Below are positions 41,033-53,073 of a stretch of DNA of 64,000 nt, one piece after another. Each line of letters starts with the position of its first letter. Position 1 is the first letter of the stretch. The position numbers and the translations under genes are program-made. Below the pieces are notes generated by a model. That model made no database searches. It was not told where the DNA came from and saw only the letters and a program-made list of their open reading frames with translations. The DNA comes from Flectonema sp. DT1601 (lineage: Eukaryota): the NCBI GenBank assembly GCA_964019425.1, contig OZ025803.1, forward strand, positions 868,001 through 932,000, in the 5' to 3' direction.

Positions 41033-42061
41033 TTACTGACTTTCGATACTTTTCGACTGGTCTATTAGTTCGCTGACATAAGTCTGAAGCTCGTTGTTGT
41101 TTTCGACGAGTAATTTATTTTCGTCTCCCAGAATTCGATTCTCAGTTGTGATTTTGTCGACTCGTTCCTCAGCAACTCCGAGTTGGTGTTCACGTTCTTT
41201 AAGAAATATATTTGACTCTTCGAGACGAGTTTCTATAGCGAGGTACTGACGATGAGCTGTTAATAGTTGAGCCTCTAAGTCATCGATCTTACTGGCTCGT
41301 GAATCAGCTAATGTTTGAAGTGAAGTATTTGATGAGGTCGAGGTATTTAATTGTTCTCTCAGTTCATCAGCAACAGCCTGAGTGGAGGCAATTTTCCGAT
41401 CCCTCTTCTTGAGTTGAGATTCCCAATTCAACTTTCGTTGATATAAAAAAGATTTAACTTCTGTTTCAGTATATGTTCTGACATCACTATTCTTATCAGG
41501 TGGTGAGGATGACCCGTCTATATCATGAGGAGGTGACTGGACGTTAGTAGACATTTCTGAGATCCGCTCTCGGAGAAGAGCTGCTTCTGCAACACAAACA
41601 GGTTGAGACACTGACTGAAGTGACGAAATAACTTCCGTTGATATCCCAGGTGGCACACTTGGATTATGATCAAGAACCACATTGCCGAGCATCAGTAGAG
41701 GGAGAAGTTCATTTTCAGTTGTTTCTTCAGATGATAACAATCGAAGTATCTCAGCTATCACTGGAGAGAAACACATCTCAGCCATTGATTTGAATCTTGT
41801 TAAGAACACAGCAGCGACTTGTGCTGAAGCAACTAAAGTATCAGCCAATAAATATTCCATCACAACATCTTCAACTTCCTGAAGTGGTATTTCATCATCA
41901 CTCGCTCCTCTAGCGACCTCTGCTAACTCGTGAAGATGAACTGTCCGTTCAGCTCTCAAGTCGGAGTCTTTTATTTTCTTTATTACTTCAAATATCTGTT
42001 CTCGGTGACTTGGCACACTTGGCACCGGCGTTTGTTCTGCTGGCGGTTGTTCGATACTCAT
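41033..42061 (-). CDS. Helical-repeat plus coiled-coil hypothetical protein
   Basis: Long ORF with heptad-rich C-terminal half; may splice to the downstream ORF. Confidence 0.65.
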   Translation of the reverse strand: MSIEQPPAEQTPVPSVPSHREQIFEVIKKIKDSDLRAERTVHLHELAEVARGASDDEIPLQEVEDVVMEYLLADTLVASAQVAAVFLTRFKSMAEMCFSPVIAEILRLLSSEETTENELLPLLMLGNVVLDHNPSVPPGISTEVISSLQSVSQPVCVAEAALLRERISEMSTNVQSPPHDIDGSSSPPDKNSDVRTYTETEVKSFLYQRKLNWESQLKKRDRKIASTQAVADELREQLNTSTSSNTSLQTLADSRASKIDDLEAQLLTAHRQYLAIETRLEESNIFLKEREHQLGVAEERVDKITTENRILGDENKLLVENNNELQTYVSELIDQSKSIESQ

Positions 42062-42600
42062 TCTAAACAATTAACGATGTTAACATTTTTATTATCTGGT
42101 GATTGAGTGATATGTTTGACTACTTTCGGATTATCTCATCTGAGGAAGTAGTCCTCACCATTAGACTGACTCGTACGAACCTGTCAGAAAGGACTTAGCC
42201 ACCTGACAAATAATAAATAAATAATAGTTCCCCCTACCAATATCTTAGATAACTATCAGACACCGAAGGAAGTACTTTAATATTAAATCATCCCAAAGAC
42301 GTCAACAGAGAAGACTATTCAGTTATGAACACGTCTCAAAACGATCGGATCTGAAAATGAAATACAAAAAAAGGAGGTACAGCAGAGAGCCTGTGAGGCC
42401 ACTAACCACTGCCACTATCCAGAAAAAAAAAAGAAGAGAAAAATAAACAACTGTGTTAAAGACGAGGGTTGCTGTGGGCCTGAAAAAGCCTCACAAAACA
42501 AGACCACTACACGTCTCCAGTTAATAATAAGTTCAGGAACTAGTTAGTAGTAAATAATGTAATCAAATATCGGATTATTTATACGACGGAAGTAACTTCT

Positions 42601-43569
42601 TTATGGTGTTCTCCTAAACCTCGCAGGACACATCTGCCCCCTGTTATCAACAATCGAAGTATCAGCACCATATTTAATTAAAAGGTCAGCAACGTCCATT
42701 TTCAAACAGCAATGGAGAGGTGTCTCACCACATTTCGTTTTGATATTCGGATTTGCGTTATTTTCGAGTAGGAGACGAGTGAACGTTGTATTAGTGCCGT
42801 AATGAAGTGCTGTACTCCAATTGTTTCGACGAGTATCTACGTCAGCCCCAAACTGTATGAGATGAGATGCAATGTTTGGGTGTTTTTGACAACAATGAAT
42901 CGGAGCGTATCCAAGTGCGTCTTGAACATTAGGACTAGCACCATTCTGAAGTAGAAGCTCTACGGTACTTTCATCTTTCGCAAAATGAAGAGCAACTCGT
43001 CCTGTCGTGGTAGTCGCATTGACATCAGCACCGTTTCTTATTAATAATTTTGCTTTTTCAGGAAGACTGTTCGTACCTCTTATTGGGTTAAAACAATCAA
43101 CAAGTGGAGTGAATCCGTCACTATCTCGAACATTAATATTAACATCATCTTGTGATATGAGATATTTTATAAATGTTAAATCTGTTGACAAGTGGAGAGC
43201 ACTGCGACCATCAGCTGTTATTGAGTTCACATTCACACCAGCATCAATAAAATACGTCGACAAGTCACTCTGTAATGAAACTTGTTTTAAGAATTCATCT
43301 TCCGTTATGTCTTTTTCTTTTAAAAATTTAATCGCATTTCCCTTTTTAGAACTAGTCATCACCAGCTCACAACATTCACAAATACCATAATCTCCTAACA
43401 GCTTGTGTTCTTCCATAATATTTCCCTCAAACGTGAGTTCAAAAAAAGAAGAGTCGAACCCCTCCTCTTGTGCTATCTGTTTCTTCACATTAATAACTTT
43501 AAAGTTTATCCGTACCTCAACAGGAATAACAGAACCAATAAAGTCAATGATTGAAATTGAAAGGGACAT
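42601..43569 (-). CDS. Ubiquitin-like domain plus ankyrin-repeat protein
   Basis: N-terminal UBL (VINVKKQIAQEEG…LTFEG…LGDYGI); several G.TPLH/G.SALH…GADVN ankyrin repeats. Confidence 0.9.
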   Translation of the reverse strand: MSLSISIIDFIGSVIPVEVRINFKVINVKKQIAQEEGFDSSFFELTFEGNIMEEHKLLGDYGICECCELVMTSSKKGNAIKFLKEKDITEDEFLKQVSLQSDLSTYFIDAGVNVNSITADGRSALHLSTDLTFIKYLISQDDVNINVRDSDGFTPLVDCFNPIRGTNSLPEKAKLLIRNGADVNATTTTGRVALHFAKDESTVELLLQNGASPNVQDALGYAPIHCCQKHPNIASHLIQFGADVDTRRNNWSTALHYGTNTTFTRLLLENNANPNIKTKCGETPLHCCLKMDVADLLIKYGADTSIVDNRGQMCPARFRRTP

Positions 43570-44802
43570 TCTCCTGTATGGAAGTGAATAGTAAATATAA
43601 AACATACTTAAAAATACGAATTTTTTTTCAAACCAACACATAGGTAGGCTTCTCTACCAAACAACTCCTTGAGAGAATACATGAACTGGGAAGGGAGGGG
43701 GGGGCAGACTGTATTTTTCATAACCTTAACAACAATAGTAACAAATCATCCGTCTCCGACATTTAGAATAACAAAAATAAAAATTTTCTCTCTCAAAAGC
43801 TACACCACAGAAAGGTCACTACATGAGAAGGAATAGAACACAAGTTTAACATCACATGAAACGCATCAAATAATAAGAACGGACTTTTTTAAGAAACACT
43901 GAAGTAACACAATCAATATCGAAAAACAGAAAAAAAGAGTGTGTGAAAAGGAAAAAAAAAAAAAAATTAAATTTAAATTTAAAAATCAGATTGTGAAGAC
44001 GTGTGACAGATATTTGTCACCATTTCTTCACCGAAACTACCAAAGTAATACGAATGTGCAGGATATGAATGTTAACTAATGCCCAACATTATAAAAAGAC
44101 TATTGGCTCCCACAACAGGTATAATCACTGCACCCATCAGTAAGTTTTAAATATCTTCACATAAAGACGAGTTCTACGTACCTGCTGACCCACTAGTAGT
44201 GGTCAACGTTGGTTAGCTGTGTGTGTGTCTGTGATCCAGGTTGATAAAAAGAAATCAAATTTCACCATAACCTAATCTATATCGTTAATGGTACAGTTAG
44301 GGTAAGAACACGACATGTGGAAACCCCGTAGAAAACGAAGGGGGGGAAAAAAAAAAAAAAAAAAAAGGAAAAAAGGAAACGGGAAAATTATTACAACACA
44401 GTGGTCCACACAATACGGTAAATATACCTGCAGCTGCAAGAGCGACTGTCGGGAGGTAATTTGATAACTATATTTATTAAAAGTTCAAAAGGAACAATTT
44501 CTCCGACAATCTTGACTTGTCAGCGGCAGCGTAGTAAATGACTGCAAATAAATAAATAATACCACTGGAGGCCACGTGAACATAGTCGGGAGGGGGAGTA
44601 GTTATTGTGCACCGAGTATATGCATATTTCTTTTAGTTATCATTTTAACCAGTACCAACATAACAATAATAAAAGTAAACTAAGCGAGTCAACACAAGGT
44701 AACTGTTGTTCTACACAAGACACACACTCTCTATCAATTCGCTTGGATTGTAGTCAAGTAGACTACCGAAAGGAACAAAGCCGTCAGTACTGAGCTGGAC
44801 AA

Positions 44803-46501
44803 CTATTTACTTACTTTCGGAGCAGCTTTCCCATCTGGTTTCTTATATGTTCGTATCATGTTAGTGAAGAATGACTCAGCAGTCTTCTCAATAGGAACTG
44901 CTTGGTCAGGTCTCTTATAATAATTCTGACGAACTGGTGCGGCAGTTTCAAACGGATTAGCGGCAGCGGTATTCTTCTTAGCGTCCGCTAGCCATTTCTG
45001 AAATGGCTCTTGTAACTTAGTCTTTTCCTTCTCTGGTTCAACAGTCTTCGGTGTCTTTGGAGGTGGTACCACTTGACTCCAGGGTGCTTCAGCGTATCTA
45101 CCAAGTTGCATCTTTGCAATCTGATTGTATTTGTTTAGTTAGTATCATTAATTTTAGTACAGAAGTGAGAATAATAAACAAAACAGAAAAGTTAGAGGGT
45201 CGCAAGAGGAGTCAGGCATGATAACTGCGCCGGACCGTAAATTTTTTAGTTGTTTGAAATTCTTAAATAAATAAAATAGGGCTATGGCCCAAATACTCCA
45301 AAATAATTAAACAAAAGGTTACCCGTGACAAAGTACACGTATCTCGACATCTGTTAGTAAGCCAGAGGATCAACTAATTAATGAGAAGCAACTCAATCAG
45401 ATCACAATTAGCCAACCAGGAAACACATACATGAGGCAAAGAGTCTACAAACGACGGTAAGAATAACTTCGTGTGCGTAAGATCTGGAGGAGGTGATTTC
45501 CTGCGTTTTTTTGTTTTTTTAAAATTAAATTTTGAACAGAATTACAATCCCCCCCATCAACAACCATCACAAAGTAATAATTCATACTTGCACTGTTGTT
45601 GTCTATCATCAAGCATTGACTTCATTGGAACATTAGCGAGTCTGTATAGAATATACTCTTTTAAAGTATCAGCAGTAGACCTGTCCTTGTCGACGTATAT
45701 CAGAGCAGCGCCACGCTCGAGGCACCACTTACGGAGATTTCCTTGAATGTAGTTGAGGAAATGATCTTTTTCTCTTGGATCTTTAGCATACTGTTGCGCT
45801 GCTAAGTCGAGCATGTGAGCTTTTGTGCAAATAACGATAACAGGAAGTCCGATATTTCCCTTATCAAATGTTCCTAATGTTCGATAAGTATTGGAAGACC
45901 TACCAACGTCTCGAGGTGATTGATTACCTTCAGAGTCTTCAGATTGCTTTACATGTTTTGGATCAGCCGCACGACACTGGTCTTCCATTTTAGTGCGAAG
46001 TTTCTCGTGGAGTTCTGGGTCTTCAGAGTACGTTTCTTTGAGTGATTTTTCCATAAAGGAATACCAATCATTTAGTCTTTGCATCGCATTATAAGGAACA
46101 GATAGATCTACTGTGATGGCGATCAACCCACTCTCCGCACAACGAGGTCCAAGTGAACCTCCTAAGAAGTACGCCGGTAATAAAAACTTTAGCGGCAACT
46201 TCTCAATTGTTGTTTGTAATATTCTAATTGTAGTTTCTTCATCTTCTCCCATCACTTTTTCTTTCCATTCGCCGTATGCGAATCCAATCCCGCAGAGTGG
46301 TTTTGTTTCTTCTTCTTCTTCATCGATGTCCTGCTGACCTCCGTTTTGAAGATACTTTGTAAAACATTCTTTCCCATCCAACCGATCACCTAATATAAAC
46401 ATGTGATATACATCTCTTGCTTTCGATGCGGATGAATTCTCTCGATGTTCAGCCAACACTTTCTCCCACAGGGATTCCTCCTCCCTAAGCTGGTCGCCCA
46501 T
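44803..46501 (-). CDS. Cytoplasmic dynein 1 light intermediate chain-like, 3 exons
   Basis: NIGLPVIVICTK, YIQGNLRKWCLERGAALIY; middle exon LFLPSFVDSLPH; intron 45121-45430 joins the 44803 ORF carrying AESFFTNMI (like the LIC C-terminal FF helix). Confidence 0.8.
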
Positions 46502-46681
46502 GGTTTGTGTTTTCAGCTGCAATGGATAAACATAAAAGTTATACAAACAAATACAAACACTTCTCAAGGTAATGTGTTGTCCCCGTTATCTGAAATGACT
46601 CACTGCAGGGGATCAGGGAGGGCACAAACCGTGCTGCTGTTATCTGCTGAGGTACTAATCCGCATGCGTTCATGTCGGGGA

Positions 46682-47377
46682 TTACGAAACGTGAGCAATC
46701 ATTCTTTCATTCAGATCCACAGCGCTAACTCCTTTTATCGCGAGACATTTACTCCTCGTTTTGCGGGAGGATCCGAACTCAATGTCCTCACGAGGAACAG
46801 AAAGATGACGAGATAAATATTTAAAAAGTTCCTTATTCGCAGCTCCAAGACGGGCTGGAGCAGCTACGTCAATTTGAATAGAATCAGCTTTGCGACGACG
46901 GAGGTCTGTGGGATTGGTGATGACAGTTTGAGGACGACCTGGCTTTACATCGACTGCTATTTTTGTTAAAGTTGGTGTTTCAGAAACGATCCATCCACCG
47001 CTGGTTCCAATTGACGGCTCCGGATCATCAGATTCGTCATCAGAAGTTTGACCAACTTCTTCCGATAATTCAACTTCTGATGTTGAATTGAACTCATCGA
47101 TAATACAAAGTATTGATGGACATCCTTTATTACTTTCAGTAATGTCTTTTAGTCTTTTAGTTATCTCTCTTCCTCGTTTTCCACCTTCACTAATCCTCAC
47201 TTGCAAAGATTCTTCTTCTGGATAACCCTTTGGTAGGGTTATATACATCGTTCTCTGAGATACTTTAATTTCAAGTGATCTGGGTGATGTGTTATTTGTG
47301 ATTGTGATGTCGTCTCCGTACATTCCAACTATTCCTTCAATTTCTTCAATTTGAAGCTCATCATACTCGGATGACAT
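46682..47377 (-). CDS. RWD domain - DUF167 (UPF0235/YggU) fusion protein
   Basis: ELQIEEIEGIVGMYGD…LPKGYPEE (RWD), acidic linker, then VDVKPG…VAAPARLGAANKELFKYL…TRSK (DUF167). Confidence 0.8.
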   Translation of the reverse strand: MSSEYDELQIEEIEGIVGMYGDDITITNNTSPRSLEIKVSQRTMYITLPKGYPEEESLQVRISEGGKRGREITKRLKDITESNKGCPSILCIIDEFNSTSEVELSEEVGQTSDDESDDPEPSIGTSGGWIVSETPTLTKIAVDVKPGRPQTVITNPTDLRRRKADSIQIDVAAPARLGAANKELFKYLSRHLSVPREDIEFGSSRKTRSKCLAIKGVSAVDLNERMIAHVS

Positions 47378-47557
47378 ATTTTATTAAAAATAATCCAACA
47401 ATCAACTACTCTCGTAAATAAGGATCACCTGCCTGAAGAGAAAGTGTTAAAAAGATGCAAATCAGATAGTAGTCTTAAAAAAGAGGTTTTTTAAAAAAAA
47501 CTTAAATTGTTTAAATATTATTAAGGAAAGTAACAACAATACTGAACAGTGTAACTG

Positions 47558-47609
<52 letters not shown>

Positions 47610-47614
47610 TACTA

Positions 47615-50217
47615 CTAAAGTTTCTGAGTCTTGGAACCGTATCCACACTCAGTTAGAATGTCAGGTGATATTGAAATCAAAAGAGAATAATAAAATTCAT
47701 TTTGAGTTATGAAAGTTCCTTTAACTGAGTTGTTTGGTGTTTTACCTAACCTTCGACTTTCTAACAGTTTGCATTTAGCAAGGACTGCATCGGAGATGGT
47801 TGCAGCACGTTTAACTGTTGTTTCAGTAAGGAGACTTTTTACAACTACTTTAACTTGTTGTTGTGATAGAGAAGTGTTTTGGTCGAATACAACAGCAGGA
47901 TTAACCAGATTACTATTACCTGACTTTGTTAATATAGATTGCACACAACACATTGCTCTACAAAGAAAGTTAGAATGAGAGAGTCCCCAAATATTTAATA
48001 TCAAGTTCGTGATTATTGAAAACAGAATATCAGTTTTTAATAACCTACTCAGACCCAACAACAGATTGGCGATACTTTTGGTAGCATCAGCGACAGTTGA
48101 AAGAGAAGTTTGATAATGATCGAACAGGAAGTTAGTAAACGACTCTCGTTCTTTTCCATCAGAATCCGCAACGTAATTAGCAGTCACCTTAGTTGATAAT
48201 AATGAGTAAACGACATCAAGTAAAGAGATTGTTCCTTGAGTGTGTTGTTTATGAGCAACAGATACCCAAATGTCACGTATTCGCTGATCACGAGCATGGA
48301 AAAAGGTGATGTGTTTTGTTTTAAAATTACCAACCACAACTCTGTCTTTGTGTCCTCGAAAAACGCTTTGAATCCTCATAGCCGCCTGGACTCGTTGAAT
48401 GGATCTCTGGAATCCAGTTCGTCTTCCAACAGTCGTCAGTCCATCAGATTTAATTTGATTAATAGTATTTCCTATTTCAGAAATGTTTGATGTCGATATC
48501 GCGATGGATGTTTCTTCAGTTTGAACACTTCTATTCTCAAGACGTTGTTCTTTATTCTGAGAATGGATTACTTCTAACATGAGTAGTACTTTTAGTCTTT
48601 GATAAATATCTTTTGACCACTTTGTTAAGAATGATGAGATCTCTTCCTGTTTTTTTTTATTATAATTCATCCTCCCTTCTCCAGAATGAATAAATAAACC
48701 TTATAATAACATACCTGTTCAGATCCAAGACCCTCAGAGAGAACAGAACCTTTGTCACGTTCATTAATTGCAGGGGGATGGTCAGTGTGATCAGCGAGGG
48801 CGATGAACTGATCTTGTGATTCCAGTTTTGAGATTGTTTTCTCAATTGAAGTAATGATATCAAAACAGGGTCTCCATCTCCTGGCTCGTTGTCCACATTG
48901 ACCAACTGAGTCGCTAAATTGATTGGCGCCACCGTTTAAAGTTTGTTGTCGAGTTAGTTGTAAACTACTCTCTTCAGGTTCAGGTGAACAACCTGAAGCA
49001 GTGTTGCTATTCTCAATTAATTTTTGTGGTTTTACCGTCAATACCAAAGGAGTTTCAGGTGTGAGCTCACAAGCAACAGAGTTTTGAGGTAGTTTTTTAT
49101 TCTTCTTTTTTACAGAAACACCTGTTCCACCCAAAGGAGAGATAATATCTGATGCACTATCCGAAGAGTCTGAAGTAGTAGCTGACTCAGAAACAGAAGG
49201 AGTCACTTGATTACTATGAGAGACGGTACCATTAATATGTTTATCAGCGAGATCGAGCATCTCTTTAACTCTTTTAATATGACCACCTGTTTTATTCCAA
49301 CAATTGCCTGCAGTTGCTAACAGGCTGTCAGCATTAGCAGTTTCAAGTGACTGGTAGCCCGCAGCAACCTGCAGCTCTGGAGTTGCTCTGTCAAGAAGTT
49401 GATTCAGAGAATCAGTTTCAGATTGGAAATCAGACTTAAACTTCGAATATAAATATTGTTCTCTATCTCTATCACTACTGATATGTCTTCCAGTTGGAGG
49501 AACATCAGTTTGAAGGTTGCTCGTTACTGAAGCTGGTCTGCTGCAATTCGAATGCTCATAATTCCTTTTCTGCATAACTGAATTAGGTCTCGGATGCATC
49601 CTCCTGTCTCCCATCATATAAGTTGTCGACCCTCTCAGTGTAGCAGAGTGGGGTCTAACCTTTCTTTCCGGATGTGGTGATGTTTTCCAACTAGTTTGAT
49701 ATGAAATTCCTTTATTTCGTAAATCAGTTGGTTCAATGTCACAGTCAGCCTCATATGAAGAAAGCAGAGGAGATATTGAATAAGTGTATTTGTGATTACT
49801 TCTCGTTGGTGTTGCCGTCATTGGTCTCCTACGCGGCTTAAATGGTTGCTGTGCTGTCCTAGTCGGAGGGGTGCTTTGTGGTAATGGTTTGTCTTTGCGA
49901 AGACATTTCTCGACCCGTTTTTTGTATTCTTCTTCAGAGCTGTCGTCACTACTCCGATGATGTGTTTTTATGTCTGTTTCTGGACTACGACAACATTGTT
50001 GTTTATTTCCTTTAACGATACTTTCATAAAACTGAACTTCGTCTCTTGGTGCTCCCTGCCGCAGGGCTTCATTACTGGTGTCGTCGTCAAGTACTTTCTT
50101 AACGTACCACCAGGTCTCTCTCTTTTCTGATGCAATTTGTAAGAGCCGACGAAGAAATCTAGCTTTGTTGCGAGAAAATAATTTTCCGTCAGCTGTGATT
50201 ACATCATCTTGTGACAT
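47615..50217 (-). CDS. Large S/T-rich protein with IQ calmodulin-binding motif, at least 2 exons
   Basis: Intron 48647-48714 joins the ORFs; AAMRIQSVFRGHKDR IQ motif. Start codon uncertain. Confidence 0.7.
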
Positions 50218-51022
50218 GTGAATAGCAACCTGAGAAAAGAGATAAAACGATTTCTTTGTGATACTTTGCAGGGTGTCTTTAGCTAATAAAATATAACGAA
50301 GTGTGAAGTTCCTCAACTTTTGCATGCTGTAAGAATAAGAAACGGAATTTTTATTTTTATTTTTATTTTCAGAAGATTGATCATCCCTTTCCCCTTCATC
50401 ATCATCATACGAGGTACTCAAACCATCGATGCTGCCCTCCTCTGGAAAAGAAAATATTCCTTTAAAAAAATGAAAACAAGGGTAGAAAAAAAACAGCAAA
50501 ATTGAAAAAAAAAAAAAAATAATAATAAAAATAGAACCACCTGACTTAGAATAATGACCACTCTCCTGACCAGACATGAAAAAAAATGACAAAAAAACCA
50601 CAATAGCGACGGACGGTACCTCATCATTGTCGTTTAATAAAGCAATAAATTAAATTTAGAAAAAGAGATCAAACAAACGGTAGTAAGTAACTATTATGAC
50701 GGTTATCTCACTCTTGTCCAGCTGTGAAGCTGCTTCTGCAGTGATTGCAGTAAATATGTTGTTTTTTTTGTTTTTTTTTTGTTTTTTAAAACTTTTTTTT
50801 TTTTGTCAGCGTAATACTTCCACCTTAAGTAGTACTCTGGCTCAATACGGAAAGGGGAAAATTTAAAATAAAAAAAATAAAAAAAAAAATTTTAAAAAAA
50901 AAATGAAACGAGAAAAAAAAATAATAACTTTTGGGGTTCAGACCCACTAATGTAGCAACAATGCTGCATACATTATTTTTCTATTTTTTTAACATAACCT
51001 CAGTTTCAGTTTAAGAAATACT

Positions 51023-52319
51023 TCACTTGTGGTATAGCAAAGCTCTTTCTTGTTTGTGATACGCGTACAAGTCAAGAAAGTATGTTGACCATCGAGACTC
51101 CATCTCGTTATCCTGTTTTGTTAGTTTCGCTAATTAGGTGACATTGTCTTCAGTTGGAATTATAAAAAATAAAACATACTCTCAGAGATAATAAGAATTC
51201 ATTGTCATCTTCGGTTATTTTTGTTAGTTCGTTAGCAAGACGAGGACACAGATCAATAGCTACGGAAACTCTCTCTCCTTTATTTATTGTCTCAAACGCC
51301 GCCTGGACATGTTGACGAATAACATCAGAAAAGCTTCCGATTGTTGAAGTTAGAAGCGACTGACAGGATTTACTTTCTAACAGGTCGCGGAGTTTCTTTA
51401 ATGTGTCGGGTTCAGAATTTTTTGAACCTTCGCAACTTTCTTCTCCCAAGACCAATTCGTGAAGGTGAACATGCGACGACGATTTACTACCCTCTTCCGT
51501 TAAACCTAAACTCTCCGCCAATGCCTTTTCAACATCAGTAGTGACTCCGATTACTTCAGAATATGATACCCTCGATGAGGGGCGGACGTTATTCTTTCGA
51601 AGGGCATCGCGACAAGCATCACTCGCCACACGAGTTAGAACATTGATATCCAATACCATAGGTAAGTCAAGTACTTCTGTCATCGACTGTGTATTCGAAA
51701 GGTCAAAGTCTACATTGAAATAAGGAAATTCCTTAGTAGGAGATTGATTCTTTTTATCATCATCTTCACCAGAAAGCATGTGAGTAGCACTCGATACGAA
51801 ATGAGTAAGACCGAGAATATATATTCCGACAATCATTCTCGTGAATGTCGATATTTCCATCTCTAAGAGAATTGTGTATTTCTCATCTTTTGTTAAAGTT
51901 GCTTTCTGTGATCGCAGTTTCTCTTGCAAGTCTTCCAAAGGAAGTATCGTTCTTATGGTTTCTCTTATTTGCTGCATCTTAACGTGAGTAGTGACTTCAG
52001 CTGCCACCAGATATCGAGATGGAGCTGACGAGATGCTGCTGCCTCCGAATCTCTTTTTCAACATCCACATCCCTCCCTGTAGGAAGGCACTAAAAACTTT
52101 CCCCCTCACTCCTTGATGACCCCAGGCAGCAACTACTACTGCGATTGCTACGAGAGGTCCAGCTGCCCACTTTAATTTTGACACATGGCTCGGCGGTGGA
52201 ACGACCGGCTGCGGGTGAAACTTTAAGTGCTTTTCAAGTGTTCGTAGACGGTCACCACTTGTACCCGACCCCATCATATCAGCTAACCCATTCGGTACTC
52301 CAGGTACCTTCGGCTCCAT
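51023..52319 (-). CDS. PEX3: Peroxin-3-like protein, 2 exons
   Basis: N-terminal hydrophobic segment with basic flanks; L.EKLR…EKYTILLEMEISTFTRMIVGIY resembles the Pex3 Pex19-binding region; short last exon ends at TGA 51023. Confidence 0.55.
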
Positions 52320-53073
52320 CGCTGTTATGAAAGTAATATTACAATTTAGTGTTGGTTCTGTATTACAATCACAATTAGTGAAGTCTTTAGTAAATAATTG
52401 AAGGGGGGTGATGGCTACCAATATAACTCACTGTTATACTTGCACATGACAAGAATAATAATATCCAGAAATTATCGTATCAGGTAGTTCAGATGTCGGT
52501 AAGGTAATGTGAGCTGAAGGGGGATGAATACAAATTATGAGTAAGTTAATAACCACAGCTGACTAGCTTACTCTAAGTACTGCCAGGCAGGACTGACAGA
52601 AGGTAACATTGTTCGGGGTAACCCCCGTACACACCTGCCATGCTGCAAGATTTAAATTGGGGTGGTGGTTGTTTTGAGAAAAACGGTTCCGTCAAAGTCT
52701 GCTATCTTTCTAACTAAAAAACATAACTTTTTTTTTTTTTTTTTTGACTTCATTTTCTTTTCACAGGGATTGCGCACGATCAAAATCACACAACCCAGAG
52801 AACAGTCAGAATTGGCTTCTAAGACTCAAACGCTTAAGAAGGTTGTGTTTACTTTACTCACCCGAAAACACTCAACCGATTGCACATTAAAACAATGCGA
52901 CTCGACAATGCAGCTGAAATTGAAAATAACACACAAAAAAAAAGCAAAAAATAAGGGGAGACAAAGAAGAAGAAACCCGCAAACACGCATCCAATGCAAC
53001 ACGCGTAGCGAGAACGAACGAACGAATACTGTACTGAGACTAAATAGTATTTTAAGAGTGCCTGCAGCCGCCC

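Noticed and set aside
44803..45111. Stand-alone 102-aa gene
   Set aside because: Better explained as the last exon of the dynein LIC gene (phase-0 intron, FF helix motif).
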